Source of the DNA: Takakia lepidozioides
Taxonomy: Eukaryota; Plantae; Bryophyta
Assembly: GCA_030704615.1 (NCBI GenBank)
Contig: CM060732.1
Coordinates: 25,854,001 to 25,918,000 of the forward strand
Reading direction: 5' to 3'
DNA length: 64,000 bases
This document shows positions 13,386 through 25,799 of this stretch, piece by piece. The notes beneath the pieces were generated by a model. That model saw only the letters and a program-made list of their open reading frames with translations. It did not search any database and was not told where the DNA came from. A program made the position numbers and the translations under genes. Numbering within the stretch: the first letter of the stretch is position 1; each line of letters begins with the position of its first letter.

Positions 13386-15105
13386 ATGAAATATTCTTGT
13401 CAAGTTCCTCAAAAAATAAAGGTTGACAACTGGTTCACAGCAGAAGATGTGGCCAAACATATGACACCCCACGACTGTTGGATCTCCATATTTGGCACAG
13501 TTTATGACTTAACCTCCCTTATCTTTGAACATGACGACTCACTTGTTATGGTCAGCACCCAACATGTTTTGCCGACTCATTTTAGAAAGCATGATGGAGT
13601 CCGTTATTGTTCTTTTTTCAATGTTGATAATCATATAGCTATCAACGTTGAAGGTTTTTTTTTTTGGTGTTTCCCGCAAAAAACGGCCTCCTCACACTTT
13701 ATTTGTTGTACTTGATATATAATTTTGTTAAGTTTGGTTTAGGTGATAGAAGGGACACTCACTACAGTAGCTAAGTACTTTTCTAATACGCAAATGATTT
13801 AATATATTGTTTTGGCGTGCGTATGCAGCCGCTGATGGACATGGCTGGTAAAGATATTAGCCATTGGTTTGAACCTAGAACAGAGGCTAATCTTGAGGTG
13901 CTTATGTTCTTCCATCCTGTCATGCGCATGCGCACTTATTACACTCCGCAGGTATCATTTCTTCGCCATAACCCTCTTATATTCTTAAAAGTTGAAGACA
14001 AGACAATCTTGTTGAATATAATGGATTTTTATAATGTTATGAACATGAATAAGATAATGCAAATGAAACAAAAATCTCACTAAATTTTATGAGACGATTA
14101 TTATGGTCCATAATGAAGGAATTATCTTAAAAGCAGCGTGGATCCGCGACAAAGCTTGATGCCAAAATGAGTAATAATTTTGAGCATATATGACCTTGTT
14201 TTTAGAATATAAATCCTTTTAGCTAAAAACTGAGAACAATTTACATGAAATGAGGGATAGGGTAGGTTTATTCACATCCCCCCTCAAGATCCTCGAAGCG
14301 ATTATGATATGAGCTATGCGTTGCCGTGGTGGCAAAATCCAAAGTACATGGTTGGCAAGCTTAGCCAACGCACGCGTTTTATTCGCCTTAAAAATATTGT
14401 TACTGACCACATAGAACTTCTAGAGGTATGCCTTCAGATTTCTAATTACATTTTGGTTTGGACATGAATTCTCATTGTAGAAAATGATGCATCAGGATCA
14501 ACTATTTCTGCTACATTTGACTTGAATTAGACTTGATAGATCACTTTCTTATGCAACACTGACCATTAGACACACTGATTTCATTTCTCATGAAGAAAAA
14601 TCCGAGCTCATTTCCCACATTTTAGTTTTGCAATTTGGAAACAATGTACATTAGTGTAGTCTATCTTTTTGATGCTTTGAATCTATTACTTCAATCGTCA
14701 CAATTTATGTCAAAATTCAAGTTAGCTAATATTTTTTAGAAGAGATGCAATGTACACTTTTTAACTATTTTCGTATGAAGTTGATAGAATAAATGGAAAA
14801 ATTGAGTTGTTACCTAATTTTGACATGCATAAATGTCAAAATAGGTGTCAAGTGAGGAAACACTTGATCAAATAATGGGACGATACGTGGAACAAAATGC
14901 ACATGCTACCAGTTATGAGTTGAAGGTAATGTGTACATGCTCCATCCACAAAACAGGGATTTTTAGGGAGCTAGATATGGAAAAAACTTTATCTGAAAAT
15001 GGAGTGTGAGATGAATCGGAGGACTATGGACGTATGGGTCTAGAGCTGGATTCCTTGATTCCTGTTATTCATGCCCAATACACTGATGATCTCACTGTTG
15101 GGTAA
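13386..15105 (+). pseudogene. CYB5D1: Cytochrome b5 domain-containing protein 1 (ciliary radial-spoke protein), 4 exons, premature in-frame TGA at 15007-15009
   Basis: Exons 13386-13550, 13829-13951, 14261-14425 and 14845-15105 (GT-AG, phase-compatible) give [96 protein letters not shown]. This is collinear with CYB5D1 as recalled. Functional status is uncertain. Confidence 0.85.
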
Positions 15106-15899
15106 CTGTAACAAACCAAATTGATTTGAGAAAAAATGGACATAATGCTAAAAAAGAATACACTATTTTACACAACATATTACCTATATTTTATTTTCAT
15201 AATTAAGAGAGGACAATGGCTCTCAAAATTTTACATAAAAATAAAAATAAAATAAAATAACACCAATAAAGCCATAAAGCAAATGCACTGAGCATGCACT
15301 GGACGAACTTGCAAAAAGAAACTATTATGTATGGCAAATACGTGTGAAGCATTAGTTATTATTTAATGGTCAGTATGAGAAGCCAAGTTGGTCGGGAACA
15401 CTACCAGAGATAGAGTGTGTCGACATCGACCATGTCCTCAATGAGTTGCTGACCTCTAGCCTAGAATGTAAAACACACAATTAATTGAGAACGTTGAGAT
15501 GATACACAAATATTATTGTAGGTTCATTGGTAGACATCTAGTAAACCAAGACTAAAATGAGATGCCAATAGTTTGTGAGAAAGTGTGTACATCAAGAGGC
15601 ATATGAAATATAGGGTACGTAAGCACATGACCCTTGACCGCCACTGTGTGTATGACTGCGCACTCCATATGGCATAAATGCTTTAGTCAGGGGACTATGA
15701 ACGGCCAGTTCTATCCCTAATACTGTTCATTTTTGCCATTTGTTCAAGGATTGTAAATCCTTCAAAAAATATGATTGGTCATAGGGGTTAGAGTACACAC
15801 AAGTGTCTGGTTTTGGTTAGAAACAGTTATTTCTAACTAATTAGGACATTATACATTTATATTTGTACTTTCTTAGCACTGGGATTTCATTTGGGTCCA

Positions 15900-16070
15900 T
15901 GTGCCAAATGAGGTGGCCGCGAATCTCACTTGGGACATGGAGAGGCTATATCCACGTGAGGCTTAGGAAAGCTCGTCTTCTTCTAGTCGAGCCTTTTGAG
16001 GCCTCTCTCACCGCCATAGCTTTAGTTCTTGAGTAATAAAGTATGCTGTATGGTGTATTTCTTTGGCACA
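15900..16070 (+). mobile_element. Small solo-LTR-like or MITE-like element (171 bp)
   Basis: Begins TGTGCCAAA and ends TTTGGCACA (TG..CA, perfect 9-bp inverted termini). Contains a TATA-like ctatat and AATAAA near 16035. No clean TSD. Confidence 0.4.
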
Positions 16071-16959
16071 TGTGCCATCGGTTTGACTTATATCGAATGA
16101 TAGAGTGAGTTTACACTTGGAAGGGTTGGGTTTGCTCCTTAGCATTTTGTCGTTCCATGCTTGAAGGTCTTCATTGCATTCCGCTTCTGCCCCTACTTAC
16201 CGTGTTTACGCCTATCAGTGCAATGTATTAGCATTAGTCTACCACTTGTGTGTTGAAAAGGGTTTGGTAGAGAGTTCTTGTGATAAAATGTATTGCAGTT
16301 TTGCCAAGATCAAGAAGCCTTGTAGTGTATATGTGATGGTTAATTAGGAGCTCCAGGAGAGCTCGAGTGATTAACTAAGCAAGTGATGCATGTGTGGAGC
16401 ATGCTTCAGCTTGTTGAGGGTTAAAACTTCAAGCTTCAGAGAGCTAGGAGTGACAAGAGAAATTTGACTTTTCTTTTGTATATGAAAGTCTATTTATAGA
16501 GCATATTTTGAGAATAACATGTCTATTGAAGTTGCAAGTGCAGGGCTGAAATATGAGCTCTAAGGAGTATGCTATGGCTATGGAAGGGAGGACTATGGGT
16601 ACATACAATGGTTAGAAAAGAGTGTGCCACGGAAAGCTCCATAGTAATATGTTTCTATGCTTGCTTCTATGAGTTCCATGGAGAAAAAAAATTTGTTGTG
16701 TAGCAAATACCTTACTGATCAAGAGGTTAGGGACAATCATGATGGTCCATAGAAGTCCAAGAGATCGAGACAACATGTCTGATTTCTTCACAGAAGCCAT
16801 AGCTCGTTGGTAGCATGTGTAAGCCAATGTGGCGCAAACCATAGCCTTGAAACTCTCTCGGAACTTAAAAGAACACATGGGAACAATGCCCATAGGTTGG
16901 GAGCACCATTACTGAGTCATTGGATGCATATCGTGAGTGCGGATGACAACCGGTGCCCA

Positions 16960-17090
16960 TAGATGAAAATTGGTCAATTAATAGATGAAATTGTCTAAGA
17001 TGAAAAATTGCGGCGGTGGATGAAAATGACATCAACAGATGATATCACGGCAGTGGATAAACTATCGTGCTAGTGGATGAAAAATGATAC
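16960..17090 (+). repeat. Degenerate tandem array of GATGAAA(A) motifs
   Basis: agatgaaaatt, agatgaaatt, agatgaaaaatt, ggatgaaaat and ggatgaaaaat recur at irregular spacing, mostly about 17-21 bp. Confidence 0.6.
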
Positions 17091-18178
17091 TATAAAATGG
17101 TTTGGATATGTAATTTTTCAAAGAACATTCACAACATAGTAATAGGTATATGAATAAGTGATAATAATACTTGCTTTGTGATATAAGGGGACAAAAAGAA
17201 AGAAATGAACGCCAATTGACACTCATCGCAGGAAAACAACTGGCATTAGTTCTAGAAAATGAAGGGCCGCATGATATTGTGACACCTATATCAGGTGACC
17301 CTCTATTATCTTGACCCCTTATAGCCAAAGGGGACTGTCAATGGGCCCTTAGACATAATATAGAATGGTTGAAAATAGAGAGAAGTGAGTTTTTCTTCTT
17401 CTTTTTTCTTTGAAAAGAAAATTGTTTAACATCTAGTGAATCTACATCCAACCCAAAGGACCGATGGAGACCGAAAGTCTGAACCCTGGATCATCTGCTT
17501 AAGCCACAAACATCCAAGTATAAAGAGAAAAACTAGGGTTAAACTGAAGAGGCACAATTTGGACAGAAGGAAATATATGAAAGATTTTTTTGATGTTCGA
17601 AAAGACATGTTTCTATGTCTCCAGGATCTAAATGGCCCATTATTTAGAGATATGTCCAAAAGCACATGTGTTGTACTCCCAATCATTGATAGACATAAAG
17701 AAGACAACATGAATTTACATCAAATTTTTGCATGTGAAATGATTCCAAAAGGTCATGGTGATGTTTCGGCCCTAGTATCTTCCTTCTTAATGCAAGAACG
17801 TTGGATCAAATTATGAACTTTGTACTGAAGATAATTTACCAGAAAACCCTCAAATATATAACTTTGTGAATGTTATAAAACATACACAGCATTTACAATG
17901 GGGTGTGCATGTGACATGGCCTTAGCCAAGGTCTACACACTAGCTGCCCATGTAGGTCAGATCCATCTATCTACATATAGTGTGTAGCAAGAGCTCACTA
18001 ATTTCTTGTTACACGAAGGAAATACTCCAAATTTATCCCCAAAAAATTATTATCTATATTGAAAGCCTATTATGTAATATAAGAATATCAGTGCACTTGC
18101 AAACATGTGAAGATCTTTTGATGCATTTGTAATAATGCATCTTTGCTACACAATATAAAACACATCAAATCAGGGTTC

Positions 18179-18500
18179 ATGGGCAACAACAATGCTACTA
18201 GTACCACAAAGGTGAATCAGCCTAAATACCAAACCATGTTGAGGGATGCAGTTGCTACACTTAAAGACCATCCAGGCTCAAACCAACAAGATATCTTCAA
18301 GTTATTAGAAAATAAATATAATGGAAAAATTTCAGCAAAACTTTAAGAGGACATTGAGCATCCGACTTAAGGCACCGTGTAAACAAAGCAAAAAAGAATT
18401 TAAAAAAGAAAGCAATTTGGACATTGATCGAGCATATAGCAATTCTCATTCTAAGAAGCACGTTGCTAGTAAGAAACATGCCACACGCAAAGGAAAACGA
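18179..18500 (+). pseudogene. Linker histone H1 (H15 winged-helix) relic, frameshifted
   Basis: QPKYQTMLRDAVATLKDHPGSNQQDIFKLLENKY, then after a frameshift near 18335 NFKRTLSIRLK and a Lys-rich tail. Compare plant H1 HPPYxEMIxEAIxxLKERxGSSxxAIxKFIExK..NFKKxLxxQLK. Confidence 0.7.
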
Positions 18501-21500
18501 TGTAAATTGCTTACAATATTTAGAGTGCATGGTGCTAAGAAGTTCGTACGAACCAAAAATAGATCAAAACTATGAGTTAGGTTTGCACCATGTACAAAGA
18601 TTATAAATATGAAAGACCGCAAAAAAATGTATAATAAAATTCGACACCCAATTGCAAGACAAGGCTATAATAGTTGAATGATAAAGTTACAGCTACGGTT
18701 TGATTAACGTCCAATAGATTTATTGATCTAGTCAAGTAGTAGTTGTTTGGGCTTGTAGGGAAATTAAAGATTTTAGTGATAGTTTATATCGGTATGCATA
18801 GTGTCATGAAATTTGGTATAAAAATTACATATCACATCACAAAGTTGTTTATATTGAAATTGTATAAAATGATATTATGAAACTTATATATAAAGGTATT
18901 TTGAATTTTTGTCCCTTGTTATTTTCTTGCATATGTTATCCAAATAACTCAAATTCATCAAACTACTAATTTTGAGGATATACACGTAACCAAGGGATCA
19001 ATGTCTATTTACTCTGTATGGGCAATATATATAGTATACTATCATTAGGTCCAATACTCGCTGTATTTGATAGAGCTCACCTAGAGGGCAGTAGCTGTTG
19101 GCTTAGCCAGAATCGTCTCTCATTAGTCTAGCACATATATGCCCACTAGTTTCAAGAAATATGATAAAATTAATTGTTATACTATTTGACCTCACATGGC
19201 TTTATGCTATATATTGATGCATTGACTCATTTTTTATTTTCAATTGATTTCCTAGTGATTTCCTAGTGATAAAGATTTCAACAGATAAGGAGAAAAAAAT
19301 GTTGCAAAATAAAGAACTATATATCAAGTTGTGAAATATGTTTGTGGATTTTTGGGTGTGTTTTTAGAAGGATGGTGCAATGCAACGTTAAGATGAAAGT
19401 CTTGTCATTGTGCTCAAATCAACTAGTATATATGCATGTTTTTTTTTTAAAATCTAGTGCTTTCCTCATTGCAGTGACATTTTTCAATTCCAAAATCGAA
19501 CCAAAATTTTAGGGCCATGAGTTGATCATCTCAACTAACCATTCATAGTGTCTTCAAGAGAGTCTGCTTTGAGCAGCCTCTCAAACCGTCCTTTATCATC
19601 TGGAGTTCAAATCGCAACTTGATCTTGTCAACAAATAACATTCTTTTGCAATTGAAAACTTCACGAGATCTTGAACCCCCAGTGATCCCAAGGTGCATGT
19701 AAGTTCATGGTCACTATTAAGCCACTGAAATATTGTTGTGCAACCATTGGTTAAAGGAATGTAGTATGTAACTATCAACCCTGAAGTTGTTCGCACAGAG
19801 AAAGAAGAAGGATGTACACTCACAACCAATGTCTTCTCATCTCTCTCCCTCTCTATTCGCGGACTTCTACACATGCGCTTCAAGAAAATCTTAGTGGTGT
19901 TTTTTCTTTTATTATAGAGAAGCATAGCTAATATAGAAACTTGCACCATCACGATTTTCTCGTTTCAGTGTGACTCTTCAATTCCAAATCCGAACAAAAA
20001 TTTAAGGCCATGGAAGAAAGAAGTGGAAAAAGAGGGGGAAGAGTCATAGGTGGGGTCATTGCTCGGGTTCAACTTAAAATATATATATATTTTTATTACA
20101 AAGTGCAAGAAATAGTGCATTAAGGTTGTTCAGATTGCTCGACTCGACTAGGCCAATCTATATGTACACTGTTGGTTTCAATAGATCTCTATACATTCGA
20201 TAATATAATAATTATGACATGCTCATCTTTTAACTTATAGTAATGAATAAGCAAGTTGAACAAACAGCATCTGGCACAATCAATGATTATAAATTCTAGA
20301 GAGAGCTATCTACAATGATGACGCCCACCCCAGATCAAATTTTACCTTCACAATAGGAGAGGAGAATTTATCCAGGTCAGTTTGGAACTAAGAGACACAG
20401 ACACCACCAATTTTGGAGCCAATACTTGAATCACAAATACCCAGGCCTAAATCAACTTGCTACATCATATATTGGTAGAGTTATACCTTCAGCTGGAGTC
20501 CTGATTGTAAACTGCACTCACTCCAGAATTTTGACATTCCAGGAAGTACACAGCAAGTTCCTGTAGGAACCCAACCTGCTCACATTTTATCGGGTGTTGG
20601 ATCATTTGTAGTCACCTCATCCGTGAAGCATGCTCTGACTGGCATTCTATCCCAGTATGAGGTTACAAATGTGTAATATGTAGAATCAGTAATGGTATCC
20701 CCAGGGACTGGAAGTCCTGGGCCATGCTTGACTTCTATCTTGCAGATGGCAGAAAAGTTTGAAGGCGTACTTAGCAGCAAACCTTTAAAAATGCAAAGAC
20801 TCTTGCTTTATGAGAGGTACTCATATTTTGCTAATGCCATCTCCTCACCTTGAGCTGAACTCTGCCAAGTCAATGACAAGCTTGAGGTTATGAAGCCACT
20901 CCATGTATGGCGTACATATGTAGATACGTTACTTCATTTTATAGCAGAATTCACATCCCAGGGAAGTAACCTTACCTGTTCTTGTTGATCTTGCTGCTGA
21001 GTAACACACCTTGCTTTCTTCACAACTCTCAGATTTGATGGCTGTCATCCATCCCAACCAAGCCACCACTGCCCGTGTTTAGTCTCTCTAGTAGTGGTCC
21101 ATAAGGTGCTATATACGTGCAGCTCCAGACCTCCACCACTTATCCATCCCACATACTTGCAAACTGCAAATACAACAGAGACAAGCCACAGACAACTATC
21201 AACAATGCATCCATGTACTTACCAGTTCCTTTGTGGAAGCCTCATCCTTCTCACTGCAGTTTGACTATTACCTGTCCTCATCACCCCCACAACTGTTTAG
21301 GAACTCCAAAAGATTACAGGCCCGTGATGCAAGGTTTGTGCTGGGATGGAAAACAATGGACCGTATTGTGGACCACTGCAATCCACAGTGACGCAAGCAA
21401 ATTTGTGGGACTGTTAGGCAGATACCTTGGTTTTCTCATTCTTGCCAATGTAGTCATGTAAGGAGTTTTCACGCATCAGCTGCTTGCCTGCCCACCACAT

Positions 21501-21899
21501 ATGCGTTGTGTCTGGGTCCAGCACCTCATTAGCTGATCACAAAAATGGTCATGATCAGAGATTGCAATAGCCTCTAAGGAAACCATCCACTAAACCATTC
21601 CAACCTAGCTACTAAAAACGCAGCCAAGAGGTTCTAAACCATGGGGGTCAAGTAAATGCGTGCAAAGCTGCAAGAGGGAAGTGACAACCTGTGAAGGTCC
21701 CAAGAATGATTTGTTGAACAGAATCGTACAAAGGGAGCCCCATAGGATAGCAAGCTCGGACAGCTTCAGATATGGTTTGCAGGGCCTCCTTCAAAATCGC
21801 TACCGTTAAAGGCACTTTGTACAACACCTGATTCTGCCCCCCCAAATATTATCTTCCTTAAACTCAGCATGATCAATTGATTCTTCAAAAAGATAGTGC

Positions 21900-21919
21900 G
21901 AGAGAGAGAGAGAGAGAGA
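21900..21919. repeat. (GA)10 microsatellite at the LINE 3' end
   Basis: Read directly; abuts the element 3' terminus. Confidence 0.95.
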
Positions 21920-24900
21920 TTGTACTCATAAGACGTTGTTTGCGGTAGCCTTGTGGCCATTGACTCCGCGCCCAGTTTGAGCGGGAACAAAAGGGACAGA
22001 ACCTACCTCTGTCAGGGGCTGACGTTGGTAGTAAGACTTACCTCCATATAAAGAATTATCCGGGTTTTCCAGATATCCTCTAGAAATCCCTTCACACAAG
22101 CATCAATCTGCTGTGTGTGATTTGCCCAAAAACTAGGCCTCAGGAGGGCCTGGGCTTTTGGCTCAGCCTCGAGACTTTCAAAGTTGGTAAACAGGGGTAC
22201 AGGCACAATTCCCTTAATAGGTTTGAAGAGAGCGTCTCTTTGGTGAGAGAACCCCGGACAGTGTATCAGAAAATGAATACTGTCTTCAGATTGCCCACAC
22301 AACGGGCAATTGCACTCTCCCTTTCCTCTCTGCTTCTGTTTGCTGTTCAAAGGTAGGCTTCCTGCCCTGAGTTTAAATTTCAGTCTAGTGCCGAGAGTGG
22401 GTAGACCCTTGAGGTCATCCAAGATGTCCTCCCCCATGTCACAGACTGGAAACAAGTTCAGGGAAGTTTTCTGCCTAACTTCATTTTCATCAGACAATCT
22501 CATGGCAACAGACATGGCTGAGGACACTACAGCCTCTAAGTCAGATTTATCCAGCAGGGGTCAAGACTTGCGGATCCTGGTCCAGGTCCTTGAGGATCTC
22601 TTCTACTCTCTTCTGCCAGGACTTAGCCTGTTTGACAGGGCGGTCCTGTTTCCAAGATATAGAGTCGATTAATTTAGGATATCTGGTGTTGGGCATATGT
22701 TGCAGCTGACCCCACCATCTGACCTTGAATTCATCTCGTCGGGAGCTTAAGGACGGAATGCCAAACTCACCCCAAACAGCCACATTGGCTGTTTTGGAGC
22801 ATGCTGACATACACTCCCTAAGCACCCCCACTTGAATGGATTCTAGAGACTTAGCCTGGTTGGAGTTATCAACCCATATAGCAGATCCGTACTCCAAGGC
22901 AGGTCTAATAACGCGACAAAGCATGGTTTTCTTAACCTCAGAGTTGACCCCTCTGCAGTGGAAAAATTTAGTGAGCCCCAGAGCTTTGCCCTTGCCAGTT
23001 TGAACAACTTTCCGGATATGTGCATCCCAACTACAATTGGAGGAGAACTCAACGCCCAGGTAAGTGTAGGAAGGGAGGACCGGGATCTCTTGGCTACCCC
23101 ACTGCCACTTAAGATCACTTCCTCCCTCTCCTCTGTCGTTGAATGCTACCACCGCACATTTGCTGACATTAGCCTCTAGCCCCCAAAGATCAAAGTATCT
23201 CTTCGCGCAATCAATCAACTCCTGGAGATTGGTTGGAGTCTCCCCTATGCCTGCGAAGTCATCCGCAAACATAAGGGCTGGTATGGTGGTATCACCCACC
23301 CTTAACCCAAATCCCTCATTTTCCACATCCTCGAGGAGTTGATTGATGAAAACATTGAAGAGCAGAGGGGAGAGAGTACATCCTTGAGCTACACCTTGGT
23401 CTATGTCAAAGAAGTTGGACTTCTGTCCGTTAACAGTGACACAGCTTTTGGTGTGAGCATACAAGTTGTGGACAACTCTCCACATCTTTCCCTTGATCCC
23501 ACAAGACCAGAGGCGGAACCATAGGCCATCTCTCCACACTGTGTCATAAGCCTTTTTGACATCCAGGAAAAAGACATAAGTGGGTTTCCCATCTTTTTTC
23601 CTTCCCTGGATAATCTGGCTTAGAGTGAAGATATGATCCACACAGCCCCTGTTTCGCCGAAAGCCAGCTTGGCCTTCGTGGAAACAACCTCTAGACTCCA
23701 GATCAACCTCGAGACGAGTACTTATAACTCTGCAGAATGTCTTGCCAACAGCATTGAGGAGCGTGATGCCACGGTAGTTCCCCGGTTCTTCTCTGTCACC
23801 CTTCTTGTATAGATTGACAATGACCCCCTGTTGCCAGCGAAAGGGGATCATTTCAGTCTTCCAGATAAGGTTAAAGAGGAGAACTAGGGCCTCTATCATG
23901 GGATCGCCACCGTGCTTGATAAGCTCGTTGACAATACCATCAGGTCCACCAGCTTTATATCCATTTAAATGTTCAATTGCTTCCACAATCTCAGAAGAAC
24001 TAATGGGAGCATTATAAGCCATTGAAATATACTCCAGTTCATCAGGGCTGTTTTGAATCATAGGAACAGTTTTTCCAACTGTGTCCCTCCATTCAGCAGA
24101 AGACCCCTCACTGTTAGACCTAGAAGTTCTGCCAAGGATACTGTAGTGAGTTTCAAAGGTTTTGACAATGTCAACCGATGAAGTCACCACTGCACCTTTA
24201 GTAGTCTTCAGCGCTTGTACTTGCTGACCGTTTTTCGGTTTGTACAAACGTTGAAGGGCCAACCAGAATTTCTTGTCATTACCACCATGGTGGTTTGAGT
24301 TTATTTCACTGTATAACTTGTCCCAGTATAATTTCTTCTGAGACCTAACAAGCTGATTGATATCTTTACGGAGCTGGTAGTACCTCGCCCACAATTCTCT
24401 GTTGGTTTCCAAATTGCAGCACTCTTTATAGAGGGCTCGTCTCTCAGCTATCTTGAGTTTAATCTCATTAGTCCACCAATTAACTGCTCTACCGCAGACA
24501 ATTAGTTTCCTCCCAATGATCTTGTCAGCCACGGAGGAAACGAAACTCTCCCAAGAGTCCACTGCTCTTTCGACTTCATTTCTTGCGTTAACAGAGCGTG
24601 ACTGAAGTTCTTGGAGCGATTGGACAAAATGAGGGAGAGCCTCTTGCAAGGCCTGGACGTACTCAGCCTTGACCTCCTCATTGTGGAATTTTTCTATGCG
24701 CCACTTCTGAATCGAACGTTTCACAGATCTCTTGGTGGTGGGAAAACACCTTTTGATCTCAGTCCAAACCAGGAAGTGGTCAGAGGTACCAATATCAGTT
24801 CTGTCGATCAACACATTGGCACACGGGGGGAACAAAATTTTGTCCATTATGATATAGTCCACAATGGAACGTTCCCCAGTTTGGGGTTTCTCACGAGTCC

Positions 24901-25753
24901 ACTGCACTTGGTCACCTCTTGTCCTGTTATTCAAGGTCAAAAGCTGAAGCTCTTCGAGACAGTTAATTAACCGTCTGCCATTAGAATTCAGCTCGTCCTC
25001 ACCAAAAGGTCCAATGATATCGTCCTGATGGATCCCTTTGCCCACCCGGGCATTGAAGTCCCCCAATAGTACCACCTGACCTTTGGCAAGGAACGAAGCA
25101 CAGTCCAGCTTTACATCTTCGAAGGCCTTGTCTGCGTCAGCACTAAGGGTCCCCTCTGTGGGCATGTAAACACAACCAACAAAGAGGTCCTTTGTACTCA
25201 TGCCGCCCTTCAAATTCAGTTTTAGCCAGATACTATGCTCGTACCTCAAACCCTTGTTGATAATTTCACAATTGTCAAACAAGAAATCACGGACAAAGAA
25301 TCCGACCCCTTTTTGACCGCGTTTGGCAGAGGCTGCCTTGAGAGTACACATCTTACCTGCCCATTTATAACCAATGACATCTCCAACCAGTTTATCCGAC
25401 GTTTCCCATGTTTCTTGCCCAGCACAGATATGAATATCATTAGTCCGAAGAACTTGTCCCACTTCAAGTTGTTTCCTTTGGTTGGTCAACCCTGAGAAGT
25501 TGAAAGTGGCCAGCCGCAAGCCAGCCCTTTGCGTGTGAATTGTTTGTCGTCTAGGTAGCTTGTGATTGCTCCTGGACGGCCAACCGTTCTGCAAAGGGGG
25601 GACAGTTACCCCATGTGTAGATTTTGCTCGTCTTGTGTAAACTTTGAGAATTGGTAAACCATTCAGGGTACCAAATCTTTCAGTTACACGACGCACAGGC
25701 TCCGCACACATAGGGGCAGATTGTCCGTCAGACTGCTTGGGGACAATTACCCC

Positions 25754-25755
<2 letters not shown>
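21920..25755 (-). mobile_element. Non-LTR retrotransposon (LINE; APE endonuclease + RT + C-terminal CCHC; RTE/RTEX-like), probably 5'-truncated, in CFAP298 intron 2
   Basis: ORF 22547-25813 has APE motifs (ATFNFSG, GQETW, VYMP, LLGDFNA, SIVDYI, SDHFLV) and RT motifs (NYRGITLL, QAGFR, FLDVKKAYD, QGVAQGCTLSPLLF, FADD). It continues after a 1-bp frameshift (GGGG 22557-22560) into 22012-22527 with CPLCx7Hx4C. Flanked by (TC)21 and (TC)10. Confidence 0.93.

Positions 25756-25797
<42 letters not shown>
25756..25797. repeat. (GA)21 microsatellite at the LINE 5' end
   Basis: Read directly; it produces the spurious SLSLSL start of the 1088-aa ORF. Confidence 0.95.

Positions 25798-25799
<2 letters not shown>

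Noticed and set aside
14926-14956. Apparent 31-nt GT-AG intron in CYB5D1
   Set aside because: Splicing it breaks the frame, while reading through keeps the frame into [12 protein letters not shown].
15007-15009. Selenocysteine codon in CYB5D1
   Set aside because: The aligned residue is not Cys, no SECIS was recognised, and land plants lack Sec machinery.
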